Source: Thermoproteota archaeon (GTDB lineage Archaea > Korarchaeota > JAOZGF01 > JAOZFZ01). From it: 23,819 nt of DNA. Below are positions 1 through 7,788 of the stretch, one piece after another. Within the stretch, counting starts at the first letter, position 1. Every line of letters starts with the position of its first letter. The position numbers were made by a program, and so were the translations under genes. The notes under the pieces were generated by a model. The model made no database searches. It was not told the origin of the DNA and saw only the letters and a program-made list of their open reading frames with translations. The stretch is from positions 1 through 23,819 of the forward strand of contig JAOZFT010000026.1 in the NCBI GenBank assembly GCA_027492035.1, in the 5' to 3' direction.

Positions 1-23
1 GTTTTAAATATTTTTTTCAACTT

Positions 24-67
24 GAAAAGGAAAATTTTTAAATAGTTTAATTTACATTATGTATATT
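24..67 (+). promoter_or_regulatory. Archaeal promoter (BRE + TATA) with downstream palindromic operator-like site
   Basis: Purine-rich GAAAAGGAAAA then TTTAAATA (37-44), then imperfect palindrome AATTTACA-TTA-TGTATATT (49-67). Typical TATA spacing puts the start near G69. Confidence 0.5.
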
Positions 68-68
68 T

Positions 69-180
69 GCCCTTTTTCCTTTTCTTGAAAAAGGGAAAGA
101 GGGTGGGGGGTTGGAAGAGGCTGATGCCATTCACTATTAACCTCTACCATGTTTCAGCATCAGCCTCTCATCTTTTTCTT
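69..180 (+). ncRNA. Candidate structured small RNA (two hairpins, U-rich 3' end)
   Basis: 9-bp inverted repeat CCCTTTTTC(70-78)/GAAAAAGGG(87-95); perfect 12-bp inverted repeat AGAGGCTGATGC(116-127)/GCATCAGCCTCT(157-168) with a 29-nt loop; ends in TCTTTTTCTT; upstream TATA/BRE. It could instead be a 3' structure of the convergent nadM mRNA. Confidence 0.45.
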
Positions 181-728
181 CATGTATTCAATTTTACTTT
201 ACTAAGTTCAGCGGCTCCTACAGCGTAAAGTGTCTTCAGCCTCTTAACACCATTAACTTGTTTAATAATTTTAACTGCTTCAGATGGCAAAAGTTTTTCC
301 CAGTTTCCTTGTTTAACCATTAACTCCCTTATTTTCTCTCCATTTAACCTCTCTCTTTGTTTGAAAGGTATAGGTTCCACTTTAACCGAGCTTTTTTCAC
401 ATAGTAATTTAACGAATGCGTTATTAGTGAAAACTACCTCGAAGGACGGTAAATAATTTTTTAGATACTCAATCCAGAGAGAATTGTTTGGGATATTGTT
501 TAATGGAACAATATAGACGTTTATGTTTAGATTTTTCAGTGAATCATGAATCATTTGAATTCTTTCCCCTGCTGTGAAAGGGTCTTGAAGTGTAAAGTTG
601 TACTGGGCAGCCATAACACCTACTATAACTTCTTTTGACTTTGTCAAGATATATTTGATTGCATGGAGATGACCGTTATGGAAAGGCTGGAATCTTCCAG
701 GGAAAAACACCCTCTTATACTGTTTCAA
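180..728 (-). CDS. nadM: Nicotinamide-nucleotide adenylyltransferase (archaeal NadM)
   Basis: GRFQPFHNGH HxGH motif, PFTAGERI motif, 182 aa, typical C-terminal WEKLLP; ATGA overlap with the upstream gene. Confidence 0.9.
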   Translation of the reverse strand: MKQYKRVFFPGRFQPFHNGHLHAIKYILTKSKEVIVGVMAAQYNFTLQDPFTAGERIQMIHDSLKNLNINVYIVPLNNIPNNSLWIEYLKNYLPSFEVVFTNNAFVKLLCEKSSVKVEPIPFKQRERLNGEKIRELMVKQGNWEKLLPSEAVKIIKQVNGVKRLKTLYAVGAAELSKVKLNT

Positions 729-1561
729 ACACCCTCCCCTTGCTGAAATTTAATTTTTTGGGAGGAAGTACTTCTTATCTTCATTTTCATGATTTCTTGT
801 TTAAGAAGTTTTTCAGCTTCTTCTAAGGTTTCAACTGCTTCTTTCCCTGGTAATTTTTCTGCATACAGTACAACGTTCATTTTTAATGTTTCCCCGAACC
901 CTTGAGGATAAGATTTAACCTTTAATTTTGGAAATTCCTTCATTATTTTCCTTAAAATCGGTGCAAGTGCTGATTCATCCTTAATTTCAACTTGGATTTC
1001 TTTCTGAATAAATGCTTTCTTCGCTTTAAAAAACCCTCTCTTTGTTTGAATAAAGTTTTCGAAAACATAGATCATTTCAGCGGGTACTCCCGGTAGATTA
1101 ATCAATTTCTTGTTTTTCACTGTTAACAAGACACCAGGAGCCACCCCTATTTTGTTAATCAACGGTTTCGAGTTTTGAGGCAGTAAAGCCATTTTCTTTC
1201 TCGACCGAGTTAAATTTTTTGAACTAATGAGCCCATGTTTGAAGAGGTAATTCAATCTTTCTTCCACCATTTTTAAGGCTTCTTTGTTTAGTTCCAGTTT
1301 CCTTTTCGTGGCTAAGGAGACAGCTTCTAGAGTTAGGTCTCCTGGAGTTGGTCCAAGTCCCCCGGTTGTGATTACTAAGTCGTATTTGCTGAGGAATTCC
1401 TTTATTTTGTTTTTTATGGTGTCTAAATTGTCTTTAACAACAGCTATTTCCTCCAGTTCAACATTTAAACTTGTTAACCTTTTAGCTAACCAATGTGAGT
1501 TATAGTCTAGGGTTCTTCCTGAAAGGATTTCATCGCCTACCACTATTATTCCTGCTTTCAC
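725..1561 (-). CDS. CinA N-terminal / COG1058 molybdopterin-binding-domain protein (probable pyrophosphatase; no PncC domain)
   Basis: IIVVGDEILSGRTLDYNS, TTGGLGPTPGDLT, APG and LPGVPAEM motifs; 278 aa, too short to carry the deamidase domain. Confidence 0.85.
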   Translation of the reverse strand: MKAGIIVVGDEILSGRTLDYNSHWLAKRLTSLNVELEEIAVVKDNLDTIKNKIKEFLSKYDLVITTGGLGPTPGDLTLEAVSLATKRKLELNKEALKMVEERLNYLFKHGLISSKNLTRSRKKMALLPQNSKPLINKIGVAPGVLLTVKNKKLINLPGVPAEMIYVFENFIQTKRGFFKAKKAFIQKEIQVEIKDESALAPILRKIMKEFPKLKVKSYPQGFGETLKMNVVLYAEKLPGKEAVETLEEAEKLLKQEIMKMKIRSTSSQKIKFQQGEGV

Positions 1562-2598
1562 TTCATTCTTCCCTGCTCTTCCTTTTTGAAAAAGTTGATT
1601 ATTTTTTCAGTCATTACTAAACCTGCTTGTTTCTGGGCTTCTTCGGTTTTTGCACCTATATGGTGGGTGCACACCACGTTTGGAAGTGAAGTTAAAATTT
1701 TTAGGTGTGGAGGGCCTTTGAATGGTGGTTCATAACTGTAAACATCTAGTCCTGCCCCACTTATTTTGTTGTTAAGTAAAGCTTTCGTTAACGCTTCTTC
1801 GTTTACTACTTCTCCTCTCGAAGTATTTATTACTATAGCTTCCTTTTTCAACATGTTTATTTCTTTTTCGCCAAGTAAATTCCTTGTTCCCTTTGTTAGG
1901 GGAACATGGATGGTTATTATGTCAGAAGTTTGAAGAAGTTTCTTTGGCAGCTTCAGTCCTTCCATTTTATCTTCAGGTTTTAACTCTATAAAGGAGATGC
2001 TGTTTACCTTTTCAAACTCTAAGTTTCTGTAAATGTCGTAGTATTGAACCTTCATACCGAAACTTAGGGCTAGTTTAGCCACTTTCTTACCTATTTTTCC
2101 AAGCCCTATTATCCCTATTGTTTTCCCGTTTAATGTGTGGAGGAGGCTTGTTTTTATTTGTCTCTTAAGCCAAAGTCCCTCCTTAATTGATGAATTAAAT
2201 AAAGGAATCTTTCGGTAAAGGGAGAGGGCTAGAGCTATCACTAATTCAGCTACGGAGTTGAAAATCGCCTCCGCTTCTGTTGTGTTTTCAACTTTCACCC
2301 CCTTTTGTTTTGCATGTTCAAGATCTATGTTGTCTAACCCAAGGCCAGGTCTTCCAATGTATTTCAAGTTTGAAGCTGCATCTATTGCTTCTTTATTTAC
2401 TTCTGTATTGCTTCTAACTATTAAAACGTCTGGGTTTATTTCTTTAAGTGTCTTAACAAGTCCTTTCCCTTTATTTATCTCCTCTATAGGGGTGAAAACT
2501 ACATTTTTTTGACCGAAGAAGCCCCTAAGCTTTTTTAAGGCTTCTTTATGGACTGGTTCAGTAATTAAAACTTTAACCATTCCATAAACCTCTTCCAT
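1558..2598 (-). CDS. serA: D-3-phosphoglycerate dehydrogenase / D-2-hydroxyacid dehydrogenase without ACT domain; start may be ATG at 2580
   Basis: GLGLDNID, GIIGLGKIG Rossmann motif, NTSRG Arg, DVYSYEPP Glu, HIGAKT His; next to a class V aminotransferase and SerK. Confidence 0.75.
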   Translation of the reverse strand: MEEVYGMVKVLITEPVHKEALKKLRGFFGQKNVVFTPIEEINKGKGLVKTLKEINPDVLIVRSNTEVNKEAIDAASNLKYIGRPGLGLDNIDLEHAKQKGVKVENTTEAEAIFNSVAELVIALALSLYRKIPLFNSSIKEGLWLKRQIKTSLLHTLNGKTIGIIGLGKIGKKVAKLALSFGMKVQYYDIYRNLEFEKVNSISFIELKPEDKMEGLKLPKKLLQTSDIITIHVPLTKGTRNLLGEKEINMLKKEAIVINTSRGEVVNEEALTKALLNNKISGAGLDVYSYEPPFKGPPHLKILTSLPNVVCTHHIGAKTEEAQKQAGLVMTEKIINFFKKEEQGRMK

Positions 2599-2607
2599 GT
2601 TTATTTT

Positions 2608-3849
2608 TTAAATTTCATTTATGTGTTTCATGTTTTTTTCAAGTATTTCCTGGGCTTTGGTTATTCCTTCACCTTCCTTAAATTCATGCTTAAGTTCTTT
2701 CAAGGTTAGTTCCAAAGCTGAAATGGTTTTGAGCACGTGACGTGGATAAATGAAGCCCATATGCCCTATCCGGAAAATTTTACCGAATAAATCAACTCTT
2801 TTGTCCTTTGTTACATTCCACGACTGTCCCTTAGCCACCAATACACCATACCTTTTCAGGGTTTCCCTCAAGGCCTTGTCCCTCTTCTTTTTTAGGGAAA
2901 TGTTTAATTTCTCAATTTCTTGAGGAATTGTTAGAGGGGGTATTTCAACAGAGGTGACTGTTTTTGAAGCTACTTTATCTTCGACAAAAAGGTTTAGGTT
3001 TAATGCTTTAACAGCTTCCCTGACCATTTCTTGACAAATTTGATGCCTCTTTATTCTGTTACTTAACCCTTCTTCAAAAACAAGGTTTAGGGACTCATTT
3101 AATGCATAGATCATGTTTATTGCTATAGTGAATGGTGTTTGAGGATGTTTTTGTTTGTAGTTTTGGAGGTTAAGGTAGTAGGGTTTGGATTTCTTTTTTT
3201 CAATTACTTCCCAAGCTTTTTCACTGACTGTTATAAAAGATAAACCTGGAGGTAGAGCTAAACATTTCTGTGAACCTGCAAAGCAAATATCTATATGTCT
3301 TTTATCAACTTCTACATTGTCCCCTCCCAGTGAGGACACAGTGTCAACAATAAACAATGCTTCATGTTCCTTAACTATTTCACCTACTTCCTTTACAGGA
3401 TTTACTGAACCTGTTGAGGTGTTGTTATGAACCATTGTAACAGCTTTAAATTCTTTTTTATCAAGTTTCTCCCTAACTTTTTCAGGATTAACAATTCCTC
3501 CTGGCTCCACATCAACTACTTCAGGTTTCCCGCCATAGTTTTCCACTATTTCCTTTAGTCTAGAACTGAATTTTCCTGAAACAACACATAAAACATTGTC
3601 ACCTTTATTTACAACGTTTGAAACAGCAGCGTCCATAGCGGATGTCCCGCTCCCAGTAAGGATGAAGACGTCATTCTTTGTTTCAAAAACTTTTTTCAGT
3701 CCTTCGTAACAGTTTGAAAGCAGAACAGTGAATTCTTCTTCCCTGTGATGAACCAAAGGCTTTGACAGTGCCCTCAAAATTTTTTCAGGCACAAAAGTGG
3801 GGCCAGGAGTCATTAACAATAACTTATTCAATCTTTTCCTCACCTTCAA
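2608..3849 (-). CDS. Class V PLP aminotransferase (serine-pyruvate / archaeal phosphoserine aminotransferase type); start probably TTG at 3831
   Basis: LMTPGP, GSGTSAMD, DTVSSLGG, GSQKCL PLP lysine, FRIGHMG; SD-like GGTGAGG precedes the TTG at 3831. Confidence 0.85.
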   Translation of the reverse strand: MKVRKRLNKLLLMTPGPTFVPEKILRALSKPLVHHREEEFTVLLSNCYEGLKKVFETKNDVFILTGSGTSAMDAAVSNVVNKGDNVLCVVSGKFSSRLKEIVENYGGKPEVVDVEPGGIVNPEKVREKLDKKEFKAVTMVHNNTSTGSVNPVKEVGEIVKEHEALFIVDTVSSLGGDNVEVDKRHIDICFAGSQKCLALPPGLSFITVSEKAWEVIEKKKSKPYYLNLQNYKQKHPQTPFTIAINMIYALNESLNLVFEEGLSNRIKRHQICQEMVREAVKALNLNLFVEDKVASKTVTSVEIPPLTIPQEIEKLNISLKKKRDKALRETLKRYGVLVAKGQSWNVTKDKRVDLFGKIFRIGHMGFIYPRHVLKTISALELTLKELKHEFKEGEGITKAQEILEKNMKHINEI

Positions 3850-3866
3850 AACGTTATGGATGAATT

Positions 3867-3874
3867 TTTATAAA
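3867..3874 (-). promoter_or_regulatory. Putative internal TATA box for aminotransferase-serA-cinA-nadM
   Basis: TTTATAAA directly after the serK stop, about 40 nt before the likely start at 3831. Confidence 0.4.
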
Positions 3875-3876
3875 AG

Positions 3877-4860
3877 TTAAGTTAAGAGGATTTTCGCAAC
3901 ACCTGAAACTTCCTTTATGTCTTCCATTAATTCTTTTTCTGTTTCTCCAGAAAAAATACTGCATGGTTCATTGTAAAACCTTTCTAGTTTTATTCCCTTA
4001 TCCCAAACCCATAAAGTTTTTTCTTTAAGCATTAACCTAATTTTTTCATTTAATTTTTTTTCGGGAACCCTGGTTTGAGCTAAAAAGGGGAGAGGGGTTT
4101 TTACGTTGAATGGTCTCAGGGGTACTGAATGTTTAGTTGTTTTCCTCACAAAAACTCTTTCTGGTTCATTGTTACCCTTCATAGCCACTTCTTTTACTTC
4201 TTTAGGTAAAACTTTGGGGGTAAGTAAAACAGCTAGAACTTTGCCTTTTTTAGCAGTTAATTCTTTTAGAGCTTCTTTTTCGAAGTTAAAATCAAGCCAC
4301 CGTGCAGCTTTTCTCCTGTCCTTTTTAGGTAAGTACTTGTAACCTCTTAAATTAAGTTTTTTCTCTATTTCACCGAATTGCCTGTTTAAACATAAAATAT
4401 TTTCATGGAACCTGGTTTCTTTCCCTTGTACAAGGTAACATTGCCCATTACTAGTTATTATTGCTGTCACAGCCTTTTTTGAATCTAATTCCTTCTTTGC
4501 TTCATCAATGGTTGTTTCGGAAATATTTAGGTTAAGTTCGTTAACAACTTGGAATATTTCTTTAAGTTCTGCCTTTTCACCGCCTAAAACCCTGCACCAA
4601 GTCCCTATTTCAACCCTAAACTTTTTTCCACCTATTAAGTAAGAGGTGTAGTTTACATTGAAGATAGGTATGTAGTTACATCCAAGTTCTTCTAAAGCCT
4701 TTTTCCTATGCATTCCGTCAAGGATAACCCATTTATCTTTGTTTACAGGGGTGGCGGGTACAGGTACAAGTAAAGCGTTTGCTTCATTTATTTCGTTAAC
4801 AAGTTCTTTAACTAATTCAGGGATTATTTCTTCGTGAATGAAAACTTTTCTAATATTCAC
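3877..4860 (-). CDS. serK: SerK/SbnI-family free L-serine kinase (ParB/Srx fold); true start uncertain
   Basis: HEE (catalytic Glu position), ILDGMHR, conserved TW and C-terminal KTTKH (KTTRH-like) motifs; serine-metabolism neighbourhood. The frame stays open 46 codons upstream of the GTG. Confidence 0.72.
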   Translation of the reverse strand: MNIRKVFIHEEIIPELVKELVNEINEANALLVPVPATPVNKDKWVILDGMHRKKALEELGCNYIPIFNVNYTSYLIGGKKFRVEIGTWCRVLGGEKAELKEIFQVVNELNLNISETTIDEAKKELDSKKAVTAIITSNGQCYLVQGKETRFHENILCLNRQFGEIEKKLNLRGYKYLPKKDRRKAARWLDFNFEKEALKELTAKKGKVLAVLLTPKVLPKEVKEVAMKGNNEPERVFVRKTTKHSVPLRPFNVKTPLPFLAQTRVPEKKLNEKIRLMLKEKTLWVWDKGIKLERFYNEPCSIFSGETEKELMEDIKEVSGVAKILLT

Positions 4861-4943
4861 TATCTTTATTAATTTTAGTAAATCTTTTTTCTCTTCAGAA
4901 GAAGCTTTTCTTGGCTTCGGAACAACTAAACTATTCCTTTTCT

Positions 4944-4989
4944 TTTTAATCCCCTCTTTGTTAAGATTAGAAATTTTAATCCCCCCTTT
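4944..4989. repeat. 16-bp direct repeat (15/16 identical, 30 nt apart) at the serS-serK junction
   Basis: TTTTAATCCCCTCTTT (4944-4959) and TTTTAATCCCCCCTTT (4974-4989). Confidence 0.6.
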
Positions 4990-6337
4990 TGCAAGGAGTT
5001 ATTACTTCTTTAGGGGCTTTGTTGAAAGGTTCCAAATATTTTCTTAAAACTTTAGGTATTATAACGTTTCCTTCTTCATCTTGGCAGTTTTCAAGGATGG
5101 CTGTTATGGCTCTTGTTGAAGCTATAGCTGTTGAGTTTAAAGTGTGAACGTACCCCCTCTCTCCCTTCTTCGTTATATACCTGATTTTTAGACGATATGA
5201 TTGGTAGTCGGTGCAGTTGCTACATGAAACCATTTCTTTATATTTTCCTTGAGCAGGCATCCAGGTTTCAAGGTCGTACTTTTTTGAAGCAACAGCTCCC
5301 AAATCTCCAGTACAGATGTTAACTACCCTAAATGGTATGTTTAACCCTCTCCAAAGTTCTTCAGCATTATTAATTAATTTTTCATGCCAACTCCAGGATT
5401 CTTCAGGTAAACAAAAAACGAATTGTTCAATCTTATGAAACTGATGGACTCTGAAAATTCCCTTTGTTTCTTTTCCATGTGCACCTGCCTCTTTTCTGAA
5501 ACATGGACTTATCCCGGTGTAGAGGAGAGGTAAATCTGTCTCATTGATTAAATCGTTCATATGTAAAGCTGCCAATGGATGCTCTGAAGTAGCTATTAGG
5601 AATAAGTCCTCATTCTCCACTTTGTAAATTGCTGTTTCAAAATCCTCAAGCGCCACAACCCCTTCGTAAGCGTTTCTTCTTAACATGTAAGGGGGAATAA
5701 CTACCTTAAACCCTTTAGAAGACATAAAGTCTAACCCGTAGAGTAATAAACTTAAATCTAACCAAACTAAGTCGTCAAAAAGGTAATAGAACCTTGAACC
5801 AGCAACCTCAGAGGCTTTCTGAGTGTCACCGCAGCCTAAGTAATTGAATTCATCTGCATGGCCTACCGGTTTTCCCTCAACTATTTCATAGTCAACTTTA
5901 AAGCCCTTAGTTTCCTCCAAAAAATTTTGCAGATGCTCTTTCCAGACTTTATGTTTACCGTAAAACCTTATAGGCACATTTTCTGTTTCATCCTTCCCCA
6001 CAGGGACTTCTTCATGCAAAATATTTGGTATTTTTAGTAAAGCCTCATCCCTTTCTTTTTCAAGTTTCTTGACTTCATTTTCCAAGCTTTTAATCGTGTC
6101 TAAAAGATCCCTAGCTTCTCTGATCTTCTCCTCCCTTTCTTCACCTGTTACCTTGGGTATTTGTCTCGAAAGGACATTGTGTTCATGTTTGAGTTTTTGA
6201 AGTTCAGATATTTTCTTCCTCCAAGAAGTATCAAGTTCAATTGCTTTATCAACAAAGGAAACAGGTAGATCTCTTTGCTTTAAAGACCAAACAATTTTTT
6301 CAGGGTTGTTCCGCAGAAAATAAAGGATACTCCACAT
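4976..6337 (-). CDS. serS: Serine-tRNA ligase
   Basis: N-terminal coiled coil, LIATSEHP, CFRKEAGAHG, GIFRVHQFHKIEQF, EMVSCSNCTDYQ, HTLNSTAIA. Confidence 0.97.
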   Translation of the reverse strand: MWSILYFLRNNPEKIVWSLKQRDLPVSFVDKAIELDTSWRKKISELQKLKHEHNVLSRQIPKVTGEEREEKIREARDLLDTIKSLENEVKKLEKERDEALLKIPNILHEEVPVGKDETENVPIRFYGKHKVWKEHLQNFLEETKGFKVDYEIVEGKPVGHADEFNYLGCGDTQKASEVAGSRFYYLFDDLVWLDLSLLLYGLDFMSSKGFKVVIPPYMLRRNAYEGVVALEDFETAIYKVENEDLFLIATSEHPLAALHMNDLINETDLPLLYTGISPCFRKEAGAHGKETKGIFRVHQFHKIEQFVFCLPEESWSWHEKLINNAEELWRGLNIPFRVVNICTGDLGAVASKKYDLETWMPAQGKYKEMVSCSNCTDYQSYRLKIRYITKKGERGYVHTLNSTAIASTRAITAILENCQDEEGNVIIPKVLRKYLEPFNKAPKEVITPCKRGD

Positions 6338-6469
6338 TTCTTCATCAACCCTTTAAAAAGGAAGACATAAATATAAAAAAATTTTTGAGTTTCGTAAAGT
6401 AGTTGTCTCAATAAAAAGGCTTCCCTTTTTAATTTATAAAGGAGAAAAGTAAGAAACAAAGGAAGTGAC

Positions 6470-6814
6470 ATGAACATGTACATAAAACATGTAAGGGAGG
6501 TAAAAGAGGAGGAAGTTAATTATGAAGGAAGTATAAATGCAAAAATTCAGTGGTTAATAACCAAGGACGTGGGAGCTAACCATTTCGCAATGAGAAGGTT
6601 CATAATCAAGAAGGATGGGAAAATACCCAAGCACCAACACGATTGGGAACATGAGATATATATGCTTAGCGGGAGGGGAGTAGTAGGGATAGATGAAGAA
6701 GAAGTAGAGGTAGATAAAGACATGTTTATTTACATTCCACCAAACAAACCTCACTGGTTCCGTAATCCTTATAATGAAGACTGCATATTCCTATGCCTCA
6801 TTCCCTACAAGTGA
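6470..6814 (+). CDS. Cupin domain protein
   Basis: IPKHQHDWEHEIYMLSG and IPPNKPHWFRN metal-binding cupin motifs. Confidence 0.9.
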   Translation: MNMYIKHVREVKEEEVNYEGSINAKIQWLITKDVGANHFAMRRFIIKKDGKIPKHQHDWEHEIYMLSGRGVVGIDEEEVEVDKDMFIYIPPNKPHWFRNPYNEDCIFLCLIPYK

Positions 6815-6840
6815 AGGGAAATAAGTAAATTGCTGAATGA

Positions 6841-6890
6841 TTAACAGGTTCCTACCCCTCCTTTTTCAAAAAATTTCTGTTTAACAGGTT
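6841..6890. repeat. 10-bp direct repeat TTAACAGGTT, 40 nt apart
   Basis: Identical copies at 6841-6850 and 6881-6890, upstream of the aIF-2B-like gene. Confidence 0.5.
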
Positions 6891-6897
6891 TTGGGAT

Positions 6898-7788
6898 ATG
6901 ACTTCCCATCCAACAAAGTTTTTTGCGTTGAAGAGGGAAATAATGGAGGACAAGTTTTCAGGAGCTTCCCAGCTCACTAAAAAAATGATAAACTTGGTAA
7001 TCCATGGTTTACAGGAAAAGTACCCTTTAGATTTTGTTAAGCAGACTCTTGAGGAAGTAAGGAATATACACAGTGAAATTATTCCCCTTCAAAACATAGC
7101 TGAAATATTTAAGTGGAGAATGGAAGCTGGAAGAGAAGAAATTTTAACTTTTTTCAACACGCTACTTAAAGAGTTGAATTACGCCAAGGAAAGGATAACC
7201 CAATTACTTCTTCAAACATTAGAAACCTATGGAAAAATTAGAATTATAACTTTAAGTTGGAGCTCAAATGTTTATGCATGTTTAAAGAAGGCCCATGAAG
7301 AGGGGGTAATAAATGAAGTTGTAGTTCTAGAGTCCAGACCTTTACAGGAAGGAGTTAAACTGGCTGAAAAGTTAGTTGAGGAAGGAATTAAAACAAAACT
7401 TATAAGTGATGCTGCATTAGGTTTCTTTGCTGAGAAAGTAGATGTGGGGTTAACAGGAGCCGACGCAATTACTCAAAAGGGAGAAGTGATTAATAAAGTG
7501 GGAACTTACCCTTTAGCCTTAGCATTGAGAGATAAAGGAAAAAGGTTTTATGTGGCATCAGAAACAATAAAAATAAATTTAACAGGTAAAGAAGTTAAGA
7601 TAAGGAAGAGGAACCCGTACGAATTGTTAAAAAAAGAAATTAAGAAGCTTGAGGTTGTGAATATTTATTTCGACAAAACACCTCCCCACTTAATTGATGG
7701 GATAGTGACAGAAAGAAAAGTGTTGAAGCCTCCTTTTGAAGAAAGCGTTAGGGAAACAATAAGGGAAAACTATGGATTTGTTCATTAA
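6898..7788 (+). CDS. aIF-2B / eIF2B regulatory-subunit-like protein (IF-2B family)
   Basis: SGAS, TLSWSSNV, ESRPLQEG, GADAI, NKVGT and FDKTP motifs. Confidence 0.85.
   Translation: MTSHPTKFFALKREIMEDKFSGASQLTKKMINLVIHGLQEKYPLDFVKQTLEEVRNIHSEIIPLQNIAEIFKWRMEAGREEILTFFNTLLKELNYAKERITQLLLQTLETYGKIRIITLSWSSNVYACLKKAHEEGVINEVVVLESRPLQEGVKLAEKLVEEGIKTKLISDAALGFFAEKVDVGLTGADAITQKGEVINKVGTYPLALALRDKGKRFYVASETIKINLTGKEVKIRKRNPYELLKKEIKKLEVVNIYFDKTPPHLIDGIVTERKVLKPPFEESVRETIRENYGFVH

Noticed and set aside
93-114. G-rich run GGGAAAGAGGGTGGGGGGTTGG as a G-quadruplex; GTGGGGGGT also occurs at 9740-9748
   Set aside because: Only three separate G3+ tracts, competing Watson-Crick stems, and the 9-nt shared word is low complexity.
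116-182. Hairpin after the nadM TGA stop as a SECIS element (selenocysteine read-through)
   Set aside because: Read-through meets another TGA after three codons, NadM is already complete, and no convincing SECIS core is visible.
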